DNA from: Savitreella phatthalungensis
Taxonomy: Eukaryota
DNA length: 64,000 nucleotides
Reading direction: 5' to 3'
Assembly (NCBI GenBank): GCA_051599415.1
Contig: AP039715.1
Span: 248,001 to 312,000 of the forward strand
The position numbers and the translations under genes were made by a program. Under the pieces are notes generated by a model. That model ran no database searches. It worked only from the letters and a program-made list of their open reading frames with translations, and was not told where the DNA came from. This document shows positions 1 to 11,648 of this stretch, one piece after another. Every line of letters begins with the position of its first letter. Positions within the stretch are counted from its first letter, which is position 1.

Positions 1-1208
1 CCTCGACGACCACCCCGGTCGACGGTCCTGCCGGTGGTATGCGACTACCAGAAGTTGCTCCGATCTCTCCAATTCTTGATCGCAGCAGCAATTTCACCCA
101 GGACGACTCGCCAAGTAACGGTGATGCATCAGCCCCGGCACTAGCTCCTGCGCACGACATCGTGGCGGAGGTAAAGGCTGCAGAGGCTATTCCCACGCCT
201 CGCAATAAGAAGGTTGGTCTTGCAGATTTCAACTTCATCGCTGTGCTTGGTAAGGGCAATTTCGGTAAGGTCATGCTTGCAGAGTACAAGGCAACTCGGA
301 AACTGTACGCTATCAAGGTCCTCAAGAAGGACTTCATTATCGAGAACGACGAAGTCGAGAGCACGCGGTCAGAGAAGCGGATCTTCCTTGTCGCGAACAA
401 AGAGCGTCATCCGTTCCTCATCAATCTCCATTCCGCTTTCCAGACAGAGACACGCGTCTACTTTGTCATGGACTATGTGTCAGGAGGTGACCTGATGCTC
501 CACATCCAGAAGGAGCAATTCGGTCGTGCTCGTGCGCGCTTTTACGCAGCAGAGGTCTGTCTCGCATTGAAGTACTTCCACGCTAACGGTATCATCTACC
601 GTGATCTCAAGCTCGACAATATCTTGCTCGGCACCGATGGCCACATCAAGGTGGCGGACTATGGTCTCTGCAAGGAGAATATGTGGCCGGGACAGACGAC
701 GAGCACCTTCTGTGGTACTCCTGAGTTCATGGCGCCCGAGATACTCTCATCCACTAGCTACACGCGAGCTGTCGATTGGTGGGCCTTCGGTGTCCTCATC
801 TACCAAATGCTGCTCGGCCAATCACCGTTCCGCGGTGATGACGAAGACGAAATCTTCGACGCCGTTCTGTCGGATGAGCCTCTGTATCCGATCCACATGC
901 CCCGAGACTCTGTGGATATCCTTCGCAAGCTGTTGACACGCGAGCCGGAGAAGCGACTCGGCTGTGGTCCTGAAGACGCTCTGGAGGTCATGCGCCATCC
1001 CTTCTTTGCTGACATCAACTGGGATGACATCTACCACAAGCGTGTCAAGCCTTCGTTCGTGCCTCACCTCCGTGACGCCACGGACGTCTCCAACTTCGAT
1101 GACGAATTCACAAGAGAGCAACCAAAGCTCACGCCTGTTCCATCTGTCCTGACACCAGCGATGCAAGAGCAATTCCGAGGATTCTCAGTCACCTGCGGCG
1201 ACATCTAA
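1..1208 (+). CDS. PKC1: Protein kinase C (Pkc1/Pck2 family), C-terminal part; 5' end lies outside the window
   Basis: AGC kinase motifs [43 protein letters not shown]; turn motif LTP and hydrophobic motif QEQFRGFS. The frame is open back to base 3. Confidence 0.95.
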   Translation, partial: STTTPVDGPAGGMRLPEVAPISPILDRSSNFTQDDSPSNGDASAPALAPAHDIVAEVKAAEAIPTPRNKKVGLADFNFIAVLGKGNFGKVMLAEYKATRKLYAIKVLKKDFIIENDEVESTRSEKRIFLVANKERHPFLINLHSAFQTETRVYFVMDYVSGGDLMLHIQKEQFGRARARFYAAEVCLALKYFHANGIIYRDLKLDNILLGTDGHIKVADYGLCKENMWPGQTTSTFCGTPEFMAPEILSSTSYTRAVDWWAFGVLIYQMLLGQSPFRGDDEDEIFDAVLSDEPLYPIHMPRDSVDILRKLLTREPEKRLGCGPEDALEVMRHPFFADINWDDIYHKRVKPSFVPHLRDATDVSNFDDEFTREQPKLTPVPSVLTPAMQEQFRGFSVTCGDI

Positions 1209-1630
1209 GTCCTTTCATCCAGAAATCCAATGACTGCCCCCCTTTCGACAACTCTCTACCTCAATTCTTGCACACTTCAACAAGCATGTAGACTATCCAT
1301 ACGAATCCTCATCCTCAGATCACCTCAGCCCACTGTCTCTCTTGCTCCGCCGCTGTAGCCATGAAGTCTCTTTGCAGAACACCCTTGGTCTTGCATCAGA
1401 ATGAAGTTCTGCTTGAGAAGAATTTCACAACGTGATGCTAAATTTAGAGAAGCGATCAAATGCATGATGATTCAAAAGCTTGCGTACTCTCTGAGGTCAT
1501 CGTTTCCATATGAACGAGATCGATTCAGACCATGTACAACTTCCGACGTATTGACAATCCGAAGCAACAATAAGCACGTCCTTGACGCGTATCCACCGAG
1601 ATTATACTAGCTCGACGCTGATCTGGCGAC

Positions 1631-1918
1631 ATGTCATCTCATGGTGATTCAGATGACAGACGTCCACCAGCTGCAGCGCGTCGCAAAGGTCTGAATTTCG
1701 CACCGCAACCATTAGCCACTCACGGCAAGTCTCGCAATGCAAATCCGTCAACGGAACAAGAGCGACCACTTCTGCCTCTAGAAGAGCGTCGTGCTCGAGT
1801 CCGACAAGAGCACACAAAGTATGCTGCAAAGCCGCAGTTTGCTCCCACGAATGACCCATTTCCTTCAGTCTCTGATCTTGGCGCTACTGCCGAGGCATCG
1901 AACTCTTTTCCTGTATCA

Positions 1919-1949
<31 letters not shown>

Positions 1950-4900
1950 GAAACCACGATCGGCCGAAGACTCAAGACACGAATGACTGGCGAGCTACCA
2001 TGCGTGCTCCGGCGCCACCGAAACGGGGCACAGGCTCCAGTGACGGCAGACCTGGCTCATCAGGTGGTTTCACACGACGCCGGCGGGACGATCAAGACCT
2101 GCTGCCGAATGAGGTCTATGACCAATTCCTCGTCACACGCACCACCCTCGGCAGATTTGAGTTCACACCGAAACCAGGATTCGAGCATATGACACCACCG
2201 AAAGCTGGACCGAAACCCACCGCCACACCAACACCTAAAAGAGAGAGACAGCCGAAGAAATCGTCGAAGAAGAAGAAGCGTTCAAAAGTGCCTGAAGAAA
2301 TTGACCCAAAGATCTTTGAGGTTGACCTAGACATGTACCTGGATCCTCCAAAGAAGAGTTCAAAAGTGCCTGAAGCACTGGACCCAGAGACCTTTGAACT
2401 TGAGCCAGACATGTACCTGAATCCTCCAGACATCGTAAACGGCGTGGCAAACATAAGCGTCAGTGACGAGATTTCCAAGGCTCAGGTCGAGGGATCTTCG
2501 CCAGCGCCGATTCGTCAACCAAGAGGGCCGCCATCAGATCAGCCTGCCACTCCGGCCAAACAGAATCGAAAGTCTGCACACGACACGCCGCACGGTAAAG
2601 CACCGTACTTCGAGGAGCACATCGGTCATGAAGCAGCACTTGAAGGTGTTCAGCAGGGCAAATTCTACCGCGGACTGCTTCGTATCAGCGCAAAAGCTCG
2701 AAACGACGCATGGATTTCTGTCATCACGAAGGAGTTCAACGACGACATCCTACTCGAGGGAGATGCTGCACGGAATCGTGCACTAAATGGCGACGATGTC
2801 GTGGTAGAGGTCACCAGCAAGCCTTCATCCGACTTGACCGAGCGAGAGGGTAGATTCGCTGACCGTTATCGCGGCAAGGTCGTGTGTATTCTCGAGCGTC
2901 GACCACTTGAGCGTATTTCCGGCATCCTCCATCCGCCGGGCTACAACGTCTCCCAGGACAAGATGACGGACGATCGGACCTTGATTCAGCGAGCTCAGGG
3001 TAAACGCTATTGTCTGTTCGACCCAACAGACACTCGAATTCCGTTCATGGAAATCCACGAGAATGATCTGCCGGCAGACATGCGAGGCCCAAACATGGCT
3101 TTCAACGTGCTTCAGAAGCGCAAGACGATCTTTGCCGTCCGTCTGTTGCAATGGGAAGCACAACGACGGTTTCCACATGGCGCCGTTGTTGCAGAACTCG
3201 GCGGTGTAGGAGAGATCGAGGCCGAGACTGCTGCAATCCTGGCCGATTGCGATGTCGACACGCGCGATCACCCTGCCGCTGCACTAGCAGATCTGCCGGA
3301 CATGCCATGGCGGATCTCAGAGGAAGAGATTGCGAAGCGACGTGACTTCCGCACCACTCGAGTCGTCACAATCGACCCGGAGACCGCTCGCGACCTCGAT
3401 GACGCGCTCTCAGTCAAGCCGCTCGGTAATGGAAAGTGGGAGATTGGTGTCCACATCGCAGACGTCTCACACTTCGTCAAGCCAGATACGAAGCTGGACG
3501 AAATTGCGCAGTCCCGAGCCACAACAGTCTACATGGTCCAGCGTGCAATCCCAATGCTGCCGAGACTCCTCTGCGAGGAGCTTTGCTCACTCAACCCGGC
3601 CGTAGATCGTCTCGCCTTCAGCGTCACCTGGACACTCGACGCCGACGGTAAGGAGGTTGGGCCACGATGGTACGGTCGCTCAGTCATCCGAAGCTGTGTA
3701 CGATTCGCTTATGGGCAGGCCCAGGCGGTCCTGGACGGGAAGCCGTGGGAGGAGGCTGTGGGCAAGCCAGTCGATGGCGGGCACTCTCAAGCAGACGTCC
3801 TCTCAGACTTGCAAGTCCTCCTTCGGATGTCGAAAGCCATGCGTCAGCGCCGATTTGCTGGTGGCGCTCTGACGATCAGCGCCTTCAAGCTCAACTTCAG
3901 GCTCAATAGAGACGGTCTGCCGCAAGTGGCGGAAGTGTACGAACTCAAGGATACGAACCGTCTGATTGAGGAATTCATGCTCTTCGCGAACATTTCCGTG
4001 GCCGAGCGGATCACAGACGCTTTCCCGGCCCACGCTCTCCTTCGAATGCACCCGGAACCAAAGGATCGCCCACTCCAGCAACTCGTCCAGTACGCTGCCA
4101 AACTTGGCATTCATCTTGACACTTCTTCCTCTCACTCGCTCCAGGAAGCTTTCCAGGACCTGGCAGCGCGGGCGAAAGACGACCCCATCGTCGGCATCCT
4201 CAACAACAACGCGGTCAGGTCGATGCGTCGCGCAGAGTACATCTGCACCGGCCTGCACGAAGACCCTGATTCGTGGAAGCACTATGCGCTTGCCGTCCCA
4301 CTTTACACGCACTTCACGTCTCCAATCCGGCGGTATGCCGACGTGGTTGTGCACCGGCTCCTGCAAGCGGCCATCGATAGCGTGACTGATCCTGGATTCG
4401 AGCCTGAGGCGTGCGAGTCTTGGGCGAAGAACTGCAACTTGCGGAAAGAGAATTCGCGGACTGCACAGGAGCGATCTTCGCTGCTGTACCTATGCGCGTG
4501 GGTGGAGCAGAAGTGTGAGCAAACAGGTCACGTCGGTCCGGACGATGGCATGTACGTGGACGCGATCGTGACAGCCGTGCTCGATCGCAGTGTCGATATC
4601 GTCATCCCATCCCTGGCACTCGATAAGCGAATCTACTACAACGCATCCAACCTCTCACTCGCACAAGCCATCCACAATCCGCAGGAAGAGAAAGTCGACC
4701 TCCTCTGGCGCACGCCAACCGACAGGCAAAATAGGATTGCGCTCCGTCTGAAGGAAGCTGGGGACGCAAAGGAGAAAGCGAGACCGCTCGCACGTGGTGA
4801 AATTCGTGGGGAGAAAGACACCAGTCAGAAGTACGTCCCTGGAAGTGACACAACACCTACACCAGATCAGCAGCACCCACAACAACCACCCCAAGCTGAA

Positions 4901-5029
4901 GAAGATCTCACACCGACCGTCAAGACGACTCTGAAAGCACTCGACAAGATTGTCGTGTGGATCAGGGGTGACTTTTCCAGCAGTCCGTGTGAGATTGTAG
5001 CTGGATTCGTCTCACCCGTGCTCCAATAA
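1631..5029 (+). CDS. DIS3L2: Dis3-like exoribonuclease 2 (RNase II/RNB family, no PIN domain)
   Basis: RNRALNGDDVVV (cold-shock domain), catalytic TIDPETARDLDDALS, GVHIADVSHFV, IEEFMLFAN, HYALAVPLYTHFTSPIRRYAD; disordered N-terminus instead of a PIN domain. Confidence 0.9.
1919..1948 (+). repeat. CAA(CAG)9 coding trinucleotide repeat (polyQ10) in Dis3L2
   Basis: Read directly from the sequence. Confidence 0.9.
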
Positions 5030-6279
5030 ATAGCTCTAAGAGTTGCACACAACCACATACATACACCCGAATACATATGGCATGGCATGCAGATGGAACC
5101 TCAGTCTCAGTTGCAGTATAGTCCAATCTAATCTGAGACAACCCTATAGGTTGATAGAGTTTGGAAGCATCGACAACCTAAGTCATACAAGGTCACACGA
5201 CCCAGTCCTTACCATGCAGCAATCGGAGATCAGATCGATCTATACTGTGGGGATGGTCTTCAGGTAGGTGGGTGGCATGTGGGAGATTTCGTGATTCTGT
5301 GGTCAAATGGCATCATCCAGGTGCATCTGCCTGCATGTGATTGATACCTCAGATATTCCTGGAGTCAAAGAGTTAGTCATCGATCGATCGATCAGTTTGA
5401 CTCGATCGATCGATTGATTCTGATCAAACACTACAGGGTCTCACACCTTGACTGACGGGTTCAACTGGGATCCAAGCTCAAGATCTCCAGGGCCAGTCAA
5501 ATGTTAAATGAGCCGACTGAGATTCGAAACAAAACTGGAGCAGCCAAAAAACAATTTCCATCGAGTAATTGACATGCAGGCGGATCTACAAATTGTAGAT
5601 CAATGTCCTTTCAATCAGTTGAACAGATAATAAATGGACCGCTTGCACAGGTAGAGAGAATTTGAGAGAGAGATTTTTCCCATGGGGGAGAATAAGACAA
5701 GAATTGAAATCTGGAGAGCATGTGCTTAGGGTGCATCTGAACTTGATCTTCGAATATATTCGATTAAATTGTGCGTGCATAGATTCAACTTGAGTAAAGC
5801 GTGTCTTTTTGACAATGTCTACCAGTTTGGGAAATCTGCTGATTGAGCACATGAAAGCACAACACCTTTGACCAAAATCACGACATTTCTACAATTTTCC
5901 CCTCCGTTACCAGATTATTAATAAATCTGTACCCTCGATGCTATATCCACATGGCTTGGAAAGCTTAAGTCAAGATAAATCTCACCACAGACAGTCACAT
6001 CAACAAACTCAGTACAGTATACACCATCCATACAGTAACTATACAGTCTGCCAGTATACAGTCTGCGCGTCATCCTCCTTTCCTTTGACTTCCATCTTCC
6101 GCCCAATAAAAGGCACACGACATCCACTTTATCATTTCCCAACCTCCTTCTCAAACAGTACCCATACGCGCAGAACTTCTCTCGCGCTCAGCATCATCTG
6201 CAGTCTAATCACTATCCTCAATCACACACTTAGGCAGTAGCATCCTTTATTTGCCCTATTCTCAATTACTGCAATCAAC

Positions 6280-8046
6280 ATGGTCAGCTACGCCAACGGA
6301 TCTGCACCTCGTGCTGCAGGTGCGCAACCGCATACACAATCCCAGCCGCGAAAGCGACCAAATATCCTTTTCGTCATGGCAGACCAGATGGCTGCACCTA
6401 TCTTGCCACTTCATGACAAGCAATCCGTCATCAAAATGCCAAATCTGATGGCCATGGCAGAGGAATCCGTCGTTTTCGACAGTGCATACTGCAATGCACC
6501 ACTCTGCGCACCTTCAAGATTCGCCATGGTCACAGGTCAGTTGCCACACCGAATCGGCGCGTATGACAACGCCTCCCAATTATCCTCAGAGGAACCCACA
6601 TTCGCACACTACCTCCGCTCACTCGGCTACCACACCTCTCTCGCCGGCAAGATGCACTATGTCGGTCCTGACCAGCTGCACGGCTACGAGGAGCGTCTTA
6701 CGAGTGACATTTACCCTGGCGATTTCGGCTGGAGCGTCAACTGGGATGACTCAGCACTCAGACTCGACTACTACCACAACATGGCAAGCGTCACAGATGC
6801 AGGCGTCTGTGTGCGCTCGAACCAGATCGACTACGACGAAGAAGTCATGTACAGGGCAAAGAACTACCTATACGACCACGTCCGAAAGCGTCCCGACCAG
6901 CCCTTCTTCCTCACAGTCGCGCTCACACACCCGCACGACCCCTACACGACGCGCAAGGAGTGGTGGGATCTGTATGAGGATGTCGATATCCCACTTCCAA
7001 AGAACGAGCCGGAGGAGCACGAGCTCGAGCCCCACGCACGTCGCCTCCAAAAGGTGATTGACCTCGCAGGTAAACCGCTCACAGACGAGCAGAAGCGCCG
7101 CGCTCGCAGAGCGTACTTTGGCAACTGCTCTTACGTCGACCACAATCTCGGACAGCTGCGGAAAGTGTTAAAGGAGTGTGAGCTCGATGAGGACACCATT
7201 GTCATCTTCTCAGGTGACCACGGCGACCATCTCGGCGAGCGATCGCTCTGGTACAAGATGACTTTCTACGAGATGTCCGCTCGCATCCCATTCGTCGTTC
7301 ACTACCCGCGTGAGTTCGCTGCTCACAGGGTCACCCAGAGCGTTTCCTCACTGGACTACCTTCCTACCTTTGTAGATCTCGCATCCGGTGGCCGCGCTCA
7401 GGAACTCCTTCACCCCGGTCTTCCCATGGATGGACGTTCGCTTCTCCCACACCTGCGAGGCGTCCCAGGAGGACCTGACCTCGTCCGTGGCGAGTACATG
7501 GGCGAAGGCACCATCTCACCCTTGTTCATGGTCCGTCAGGGAGACTACAAGCTGATCTACTGCCCGACGGACCCCGTGGAGCTCTACAACGTGCGTGAGG
7601 ATCCGCTTGAGCGCACGAATCTCGCGTCCGACCCACATCACACGGGTCTCACGGCGACTTTGCTGGCTGACGTCACCTCCCGTGTCGACATCACTCGTGT
7701 CACCCAGCAGGTTCTCAAATCACAACGGTCCAGGCGCCTTTGTCACGATGCTCTGTCGCGCGGCAAGGTGACCGGTTGGGACTTCCAGCCGTTCTTCGAC
7801 ACCCGCGAACAGTACATCCGCAACAACATCCCAGGCATCCTAGACGATCTCGAGGCAATTGCACGATTCCCACCAGTCGTCCAGCCTTTCAGCGAAGCCA
7901 CTTCCCTTAAGCAGCAGCAACCCACCTCCTCCTCCCCAGCATCCCTACAGAACCTTCTTCCAGCCGCCAATGTCAACACCAACGGCAAGCGACCAGCCGA
8001 CGGAGCACCCGTCCAAGGCAATATCACACCGCCCTACGTTGCCTGA
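6280..8046 (+). CDS. Choline-sulfatase (BetC-like, formylglycine-dependent sulfatase)
   Basis: RPNILFVMADQ, LCAPSR (CxPxR), GKMH, LTSDIYPGDFGW, RSNQIDYDEEV, THPHDPY, GDHGD, C-terminal WDFQP..QYIRN. Confidence 0.92.
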   Translation: MVSYANGSAPRAAGAQPHTQSQPRKRPNILFVMADQMAAPILPLHDKQSVIKMPNLMAMAEESVVFDSAYCNAPLCAPSRFAMVTGQLPHRIGAYDNASQLSSEEPTFAHYLRSLGYHTSLAGKMHYVGPDQLHGYEERLTSDIYPGDFGWSVNWDDSALRLDYYHNMASVTDAGVCVRSNQIDYDEEVMYRAKNYLYDHVRKRPDQPFFLTVALTHPHDPYTTRKEWWDLYEDVDIPLPKNEPEEHELEPHARRLQKVIDLAGKPLTDEQKRRARRAYFGNCSYVDHNLGQLRKVLKECELDEDTIVIFSGDHGDHLGERSLWYKMTFYEMSARIPFVVHYPREFAAHRVTQSVSSLDYLPTFVDLASGGRAQELLHPGLPMDGRSLLPHLRGVPGGPDLVRGEYMGEGTISPLFMVRQGDYKLIYCPTDPVELYNVREDPLERTNLASDPHHTGLTATLLADVTSRVDITRVTQQVLKSQRSRRLCHDALSRGKVTGWDFQPFFDTREQYIRNNIPGILDDLEAIARFPPVVQPFSEATSLKQQQPTSSSPASLQNLLPAANVNTNGKRPADGAPVQGNITPPYVA

Positions 8047-8282
8047 GCGCGTGAGAATGAGTATGAACGCATAGCATGAATGAAATGCCTGATGACTTTT
8101 AAATAACGTGGAGTTTTTCTTTGTCTTAATTGATCAATGTTTTGACCAATGTATACCATGCATGTCTTGAGTGTTTTCACACTCACCTGATAATTTTACA
8201 TCATACAAGGATACATCGTCGACGTGTGAATCTCTGGCACGTCGAGGACTTCTCTGCGAGGACTTTGGTCCCCCGGTGAACC

Positions 8283-9029
8283 ATGGTCCGCTTAACAGCG
8301 TCCCTACTCCAATCTCAGCCAGTCTACACGAATGCTCTCCGCCAACCTGAGCTCAGCCTTCGGTCTCTCGGGATCCGTCAGCTGGAGAACCTCGGTGTTC
8401 TCGAGGACATCTACACCTGCATCGACCTGACCGACAACCTCCTCTCTTCCCTCGATGGCCTACCTGACCGGTCCTACTTCTCGCGCTGCGAATCCCTCGC
8501 TCTCTCGCACAACCGCCTGACCTCCCTCCCTCCACTCGCACACTCCCTCCCGCACCTACGCCTGCTGAACGTCCGGTCGAATGCGCTGGCTGGCACAGCC
8601 TGGATCGAGTCACTCGTTCCCCTCAGACGCCTGCACACTCTCATGATCGCCGACAACCCTGGGGCGGCCGATATCGAAGACCTCCACCTATGGCTCATCT
8701 GGCGGATCCCACAACTCCAAGTCATCGATCTACATCGCATCACACAAGCTCAGAGAATTCAAGCACACGGGGCCTTCGGTACACCACTACCGAAGTACAC
8801 CTCCTTCGTCCCAGGGCACACCGACATAAGTGGGTGCTCGGAGGTTGCTAGACGGTGGTTTGATGGGGTTAGGTCGGCGGTGGAGGTGGTGAGAGTGGTG
8901 GTGGAGGAAGAGAGGGGAGTGGATAGAGATGAGATTCGACGACAGATTATGGCGGCGACGACGATTGACGAGATCAGGCAATTAGAAGCAAAGTTGGCAT
9001 CATCAGACGGCAAAAGGATGACATTCTGA
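8283..9029 (+). CDS. LEA1: U2 snRNP protein A' (Lea1/SNRPA1), leucine-rich repeat protein
   Basis: MVRLTASLL, ELSLRSLGIRQLENLGV, IDLTDN, LRR units, WRIPQLQVIDL, C-terminal IMAATTIDEIRQLEAKL. Confidence 0.88.
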   Translation: MVRLTASLLQSQPVYTNALRQPELSLRSLGIRQLENLGVLEDIYTCIDLTDNLLSSLDGLPDRSYFSRCESLALSHNRLTSLPPLAHSLPHLRLLNVRSNALAGTAWIESLVPLRRLHTLMIADNPGAADIEDLHLWLIWRIPQLQVIDLHRITQAQRIQAHGAFGTPLPKYTSFVPGHTDISGCSEVARRWFDGVRSAVEVVRVVVEEERGVDRDEIRRQIMAATTIDEIRQLEAKLASSDGKRMTF

Positions 9030-9063
9030 CTCTACACAGACCTAGAGCTATGTTCCAGAAAGT

Positions 9064-11340
9064 TCAGCCGTCGAGCTGAGAAGCGTCTAGGCCGATGGCG
9101 TTGAGGAAGAGGTTGACGTTTTGGCGCTTGAGGGTTGCGATTTGAGGGGGTAGGGTCTTTGTGTTCTGGACGTTGTCGAGGACTCTGTCGCGAGCTTCGT
9201 TGACGATTGCGTGCTGCTGGTCCGGCGAGGCGGCTAGCGCGAGTGAGGCAAGGAACTGCCATGGGTATACCTCGTCCGTATAAGGCTCTGGAGGTGGGAA
9301 GATGAGCGTCAATTTGGGCTCGATCTTTGCAAACATCCCATCGTAAGCAGATTGCCAGCCAGCCAGATCCTGCGCAGTCGCACCACCGCCATCGCCAGAC
9401 TCCAGGGATTGCTGCTTCGCAAGCTCAGCCCGAGAGATGAACATCGTCAGGAACGACAAACCGACCTTTGACATCAATAGCAACTCCAGGTGATTCCGTC
9501 CCAGGAGCATGAGCAGGAGTGCAGCGACAATGTTGAGTGGCGCGGATGAGACGTAGTTGAGCAAGGGTGGGAGGACAGTCTGGTGGAAGAGGTCGACTTC
9601 ATCTTTGAGTTCCTTTGATAGTTGAGGGGTGGCGTCGTGGCGAGCGAGGCGGACGACGTCGAGCATGTCCAAGTGTGCGACCACGACCGTCAAGAGCGTC
9701 AATCGACGCTGCTCAGAGAGCGATCTGTACAACCGTGGAATCAGCTTCTTACCCTTCGAGTGCTGCAGCAGCTGGATAAAGGGGTGGATCTCCACAGAAG
9801 CGTCCACCTGGTCCATGATCCGCAGTGTTGACCACAGCTCATCCACAAGTGCATCTGCATCAGCAGTAACGTTCGATCCCTCTTCGCCGGCCTGCTGCTG
9901 TTGCTGCTGTTGGCGCAACACCTGCTCGAGCTTCAAGAGCAGGTTGTAGGCGCGCTCGATCGTCGCAAGCACCTCCTTCTTCGACTGCCGCTGCATCACA
10001 GGGTCAGCAAGCTTGCCGACGACCAGTGTCTGCTTCGGCTGACGAACGCGCGAGAACGATAGCTTTCCGAGCGATCCCTCTACAGCGAGTGATGTCGATT
10101 TCGGTCTCGATTTTGCGTTCTGCACAATCTTCTGAACCTGCTGCTGCATCTTGACGAGCGGGTTCGTCTCGTTGTTGTTACCGTTCCGGCGGCGGCGATT
10201 GTTCTGCCCCGCACGAGCCATGTAAGTCTGCTCAAAGTGGCCGAGACCCTGCTGAAGCTCGCTCCTCCCGCGCAGCGTCGAGTGGACCGTGAAGTAGAAG
10301 TCGTCCGCCTCCGGATCCTCGTGGAACAGCTGGGAGATCTGCACCTTAAGCACGTAGTTCTTATCTCCATTGCTCATCACACCATTGTACCGAGCCATCT
10401 GACCGATCTTCTGAGCCCTGCGCAAGTTCCGCGGCGTCGGGTCAGAGTTGATGCCCGGTGGAGGAACAGCAGTCGTAGGAGCAGCGGCAGCTACAACGTT
10501 CTGCTGGGCAGGCGCAAGTGCTTGCAGGGGAGCGATAGGTGGCTGCTGTTGCTGTTGCTGTGACTGTTGCTGCCCCTGGTGAGGCGGAAGCGGCTGCTGA
10601 TGTTGTGGCTGAGGGTATCCCTGAGGCTGTCCCGGGAAGCCTCGCTGGACAAAAGCATCAGGGAAACGCTGACCATGCCCCGGACTCTGACCAAGCGGCG
10701 GCTGATTGAATCCACCAATCTGTCCGGCAAAGCCAGGGAACGGTCCTTGCTGCTGTTGCTGTTGCATCGGCCAAGGCGCGCGCTGCTGTGGTGGATACGG
10801 CTGCTGGTGAAGATGTTGTTGTTGTTGCTGCTGCTGCTGAGGTGCTGGAGAAGATCTTTGAAGCATAGCCGCCTCGATCTCTTCAAGTGTCTGCGGACGA
10901 CGCTTCGGCTCCTGCGCGGCAGATGAACCCCAGATGCCAGAGGGACCACCGGGCAGTGGCACAGAACTCCCCCAGCCCGACTGCTGCGGCACATAGCGCT
11001 GCTGCTCGGCAGGACGCTGTTCCTGCACCTGCTGCCTAGCAAATGCCGTCTGCTCCTGCTGTTGCGGCGGCGCAGGCTGGGATGGCGGCTGCGGTGGTTG
11101 TGAGGTTACAGGCTGAGCGGGAGCACCGCCACCGAAATCAAAGTCTCTGCCAACATTGCCGACGTCGCCAAACGTCTCATCGTTGAGCTCATCGTTCGTC
11201 TCATGGAGCTGGTCACCGAGACCGTCATAGGTCTCGTCAAAGTCATAGCCATCATCTGCAGCATCGTCTAGAGCGGCGAAATCATCGCGCCTGCTGAATT
11301 TGCCTGTCTTGTCACGCAGGACAGACCCGAGGAAGGACAT
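9064..11340 (-). CDS. PAT1: Pat1 decapping activator / topoisomerase II-associated protein
   Basis: MSF start (ATG at 11340), LHETNDELNDETFG, TLEEIEA, MARYNGVMSNGDKNYVLKVQISQL, DDFYF, GSLGK, HPFIQLL..KGKKLIPR, WQFLASLA, NLFLNAIGL. Confidence 0.92.
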   Translation of the reverse strand: MSFLGSVLRDKTGKFSRRDDFAALDDAADDGYDFDETYDGLGDQLHETNDELNDETFGDVGNVGRDFDFGGGAPAQPVTSQPPQPPSQPAPPQQQEQTAFARQQVQEQRPAEQQRYVPQQSGWGSSVPLPGGPSGIWGSSAAQEPKRRPQTLEEIEAAMLQRSSPAPQQQQQQQQHLHQQPYPPQQRAPWPMQQQQQQGPFPGFAGQIGGFNQPPLGQSPGHGQRFPDAFVQRGFPGQPQGYPQPQHQQPLPPHQGQQQSQQQQQQPPIAPLQALAPAQQNVVAAAAPTTAVPPPGINSDPTPRNLRRAQKIGQMARYNGVMSNGDKNYVLKVQISQLFHEDPEADDFYFTVHSTLRGRSELQQGLGHFEQTYMARAGQNNRRRRNGNNNETNPLVKMQQQVQKIVQNAKSRPKSTSLAVEGSLGKLSFSRVRQPKQTLVVGKLADPVMQRQSKKEVLATIERAYNLLLKLEQVLRQQQQQQQAGEEGSNVTADADALVDELWSTLRIMDQVDASVEIHPFIQLLQHSKGKKLIPRLYRSLSEQRRLTLLTVVVAHLDMLDVVRLARHDATPQLSKELKDEVDLFHQTVLPPLLNYVSSAPLNIVAALLLMLLGRNHLELLLMSKVGLSFLTMFISRAELAKQQSLESGDGGGATAQDLAGWQSAYDGMFAKIEPKLTLIFPPPEPYTDEVYPWQFLASLALAASPDQQHAIVNEARDRVLDNVQNTKTLPPQIATLKRQNVNLFLNAIGLDASQLDG

Positions 11341-11648
11341 CAGCACGCGTCAAGATTAGAAGACTTCTCCTGACAGAACCTCACTGATTAATATCGAGAT
11401 CGATGTCGTCGTCGCGGTCGTTGCTGATGTCGTTCGGCATAAGATTCAAGTGGATAAACACGTGCAATTCGAGACTTTGTCGTTTCAAAAGCACCCGGGT
11501 GCTCAGAATTCGACTGAACGAGTTAATGAAGATAACTGTTCAGCAAACGCCTCATTGTGTTTGACAGGATTAGCACGCCATTTGGCCAGAGGATACCTCG
11601 CGCTGTTCTTAAAAAGGGTGTTTACGTTTACGTCTACATTACTATGCG

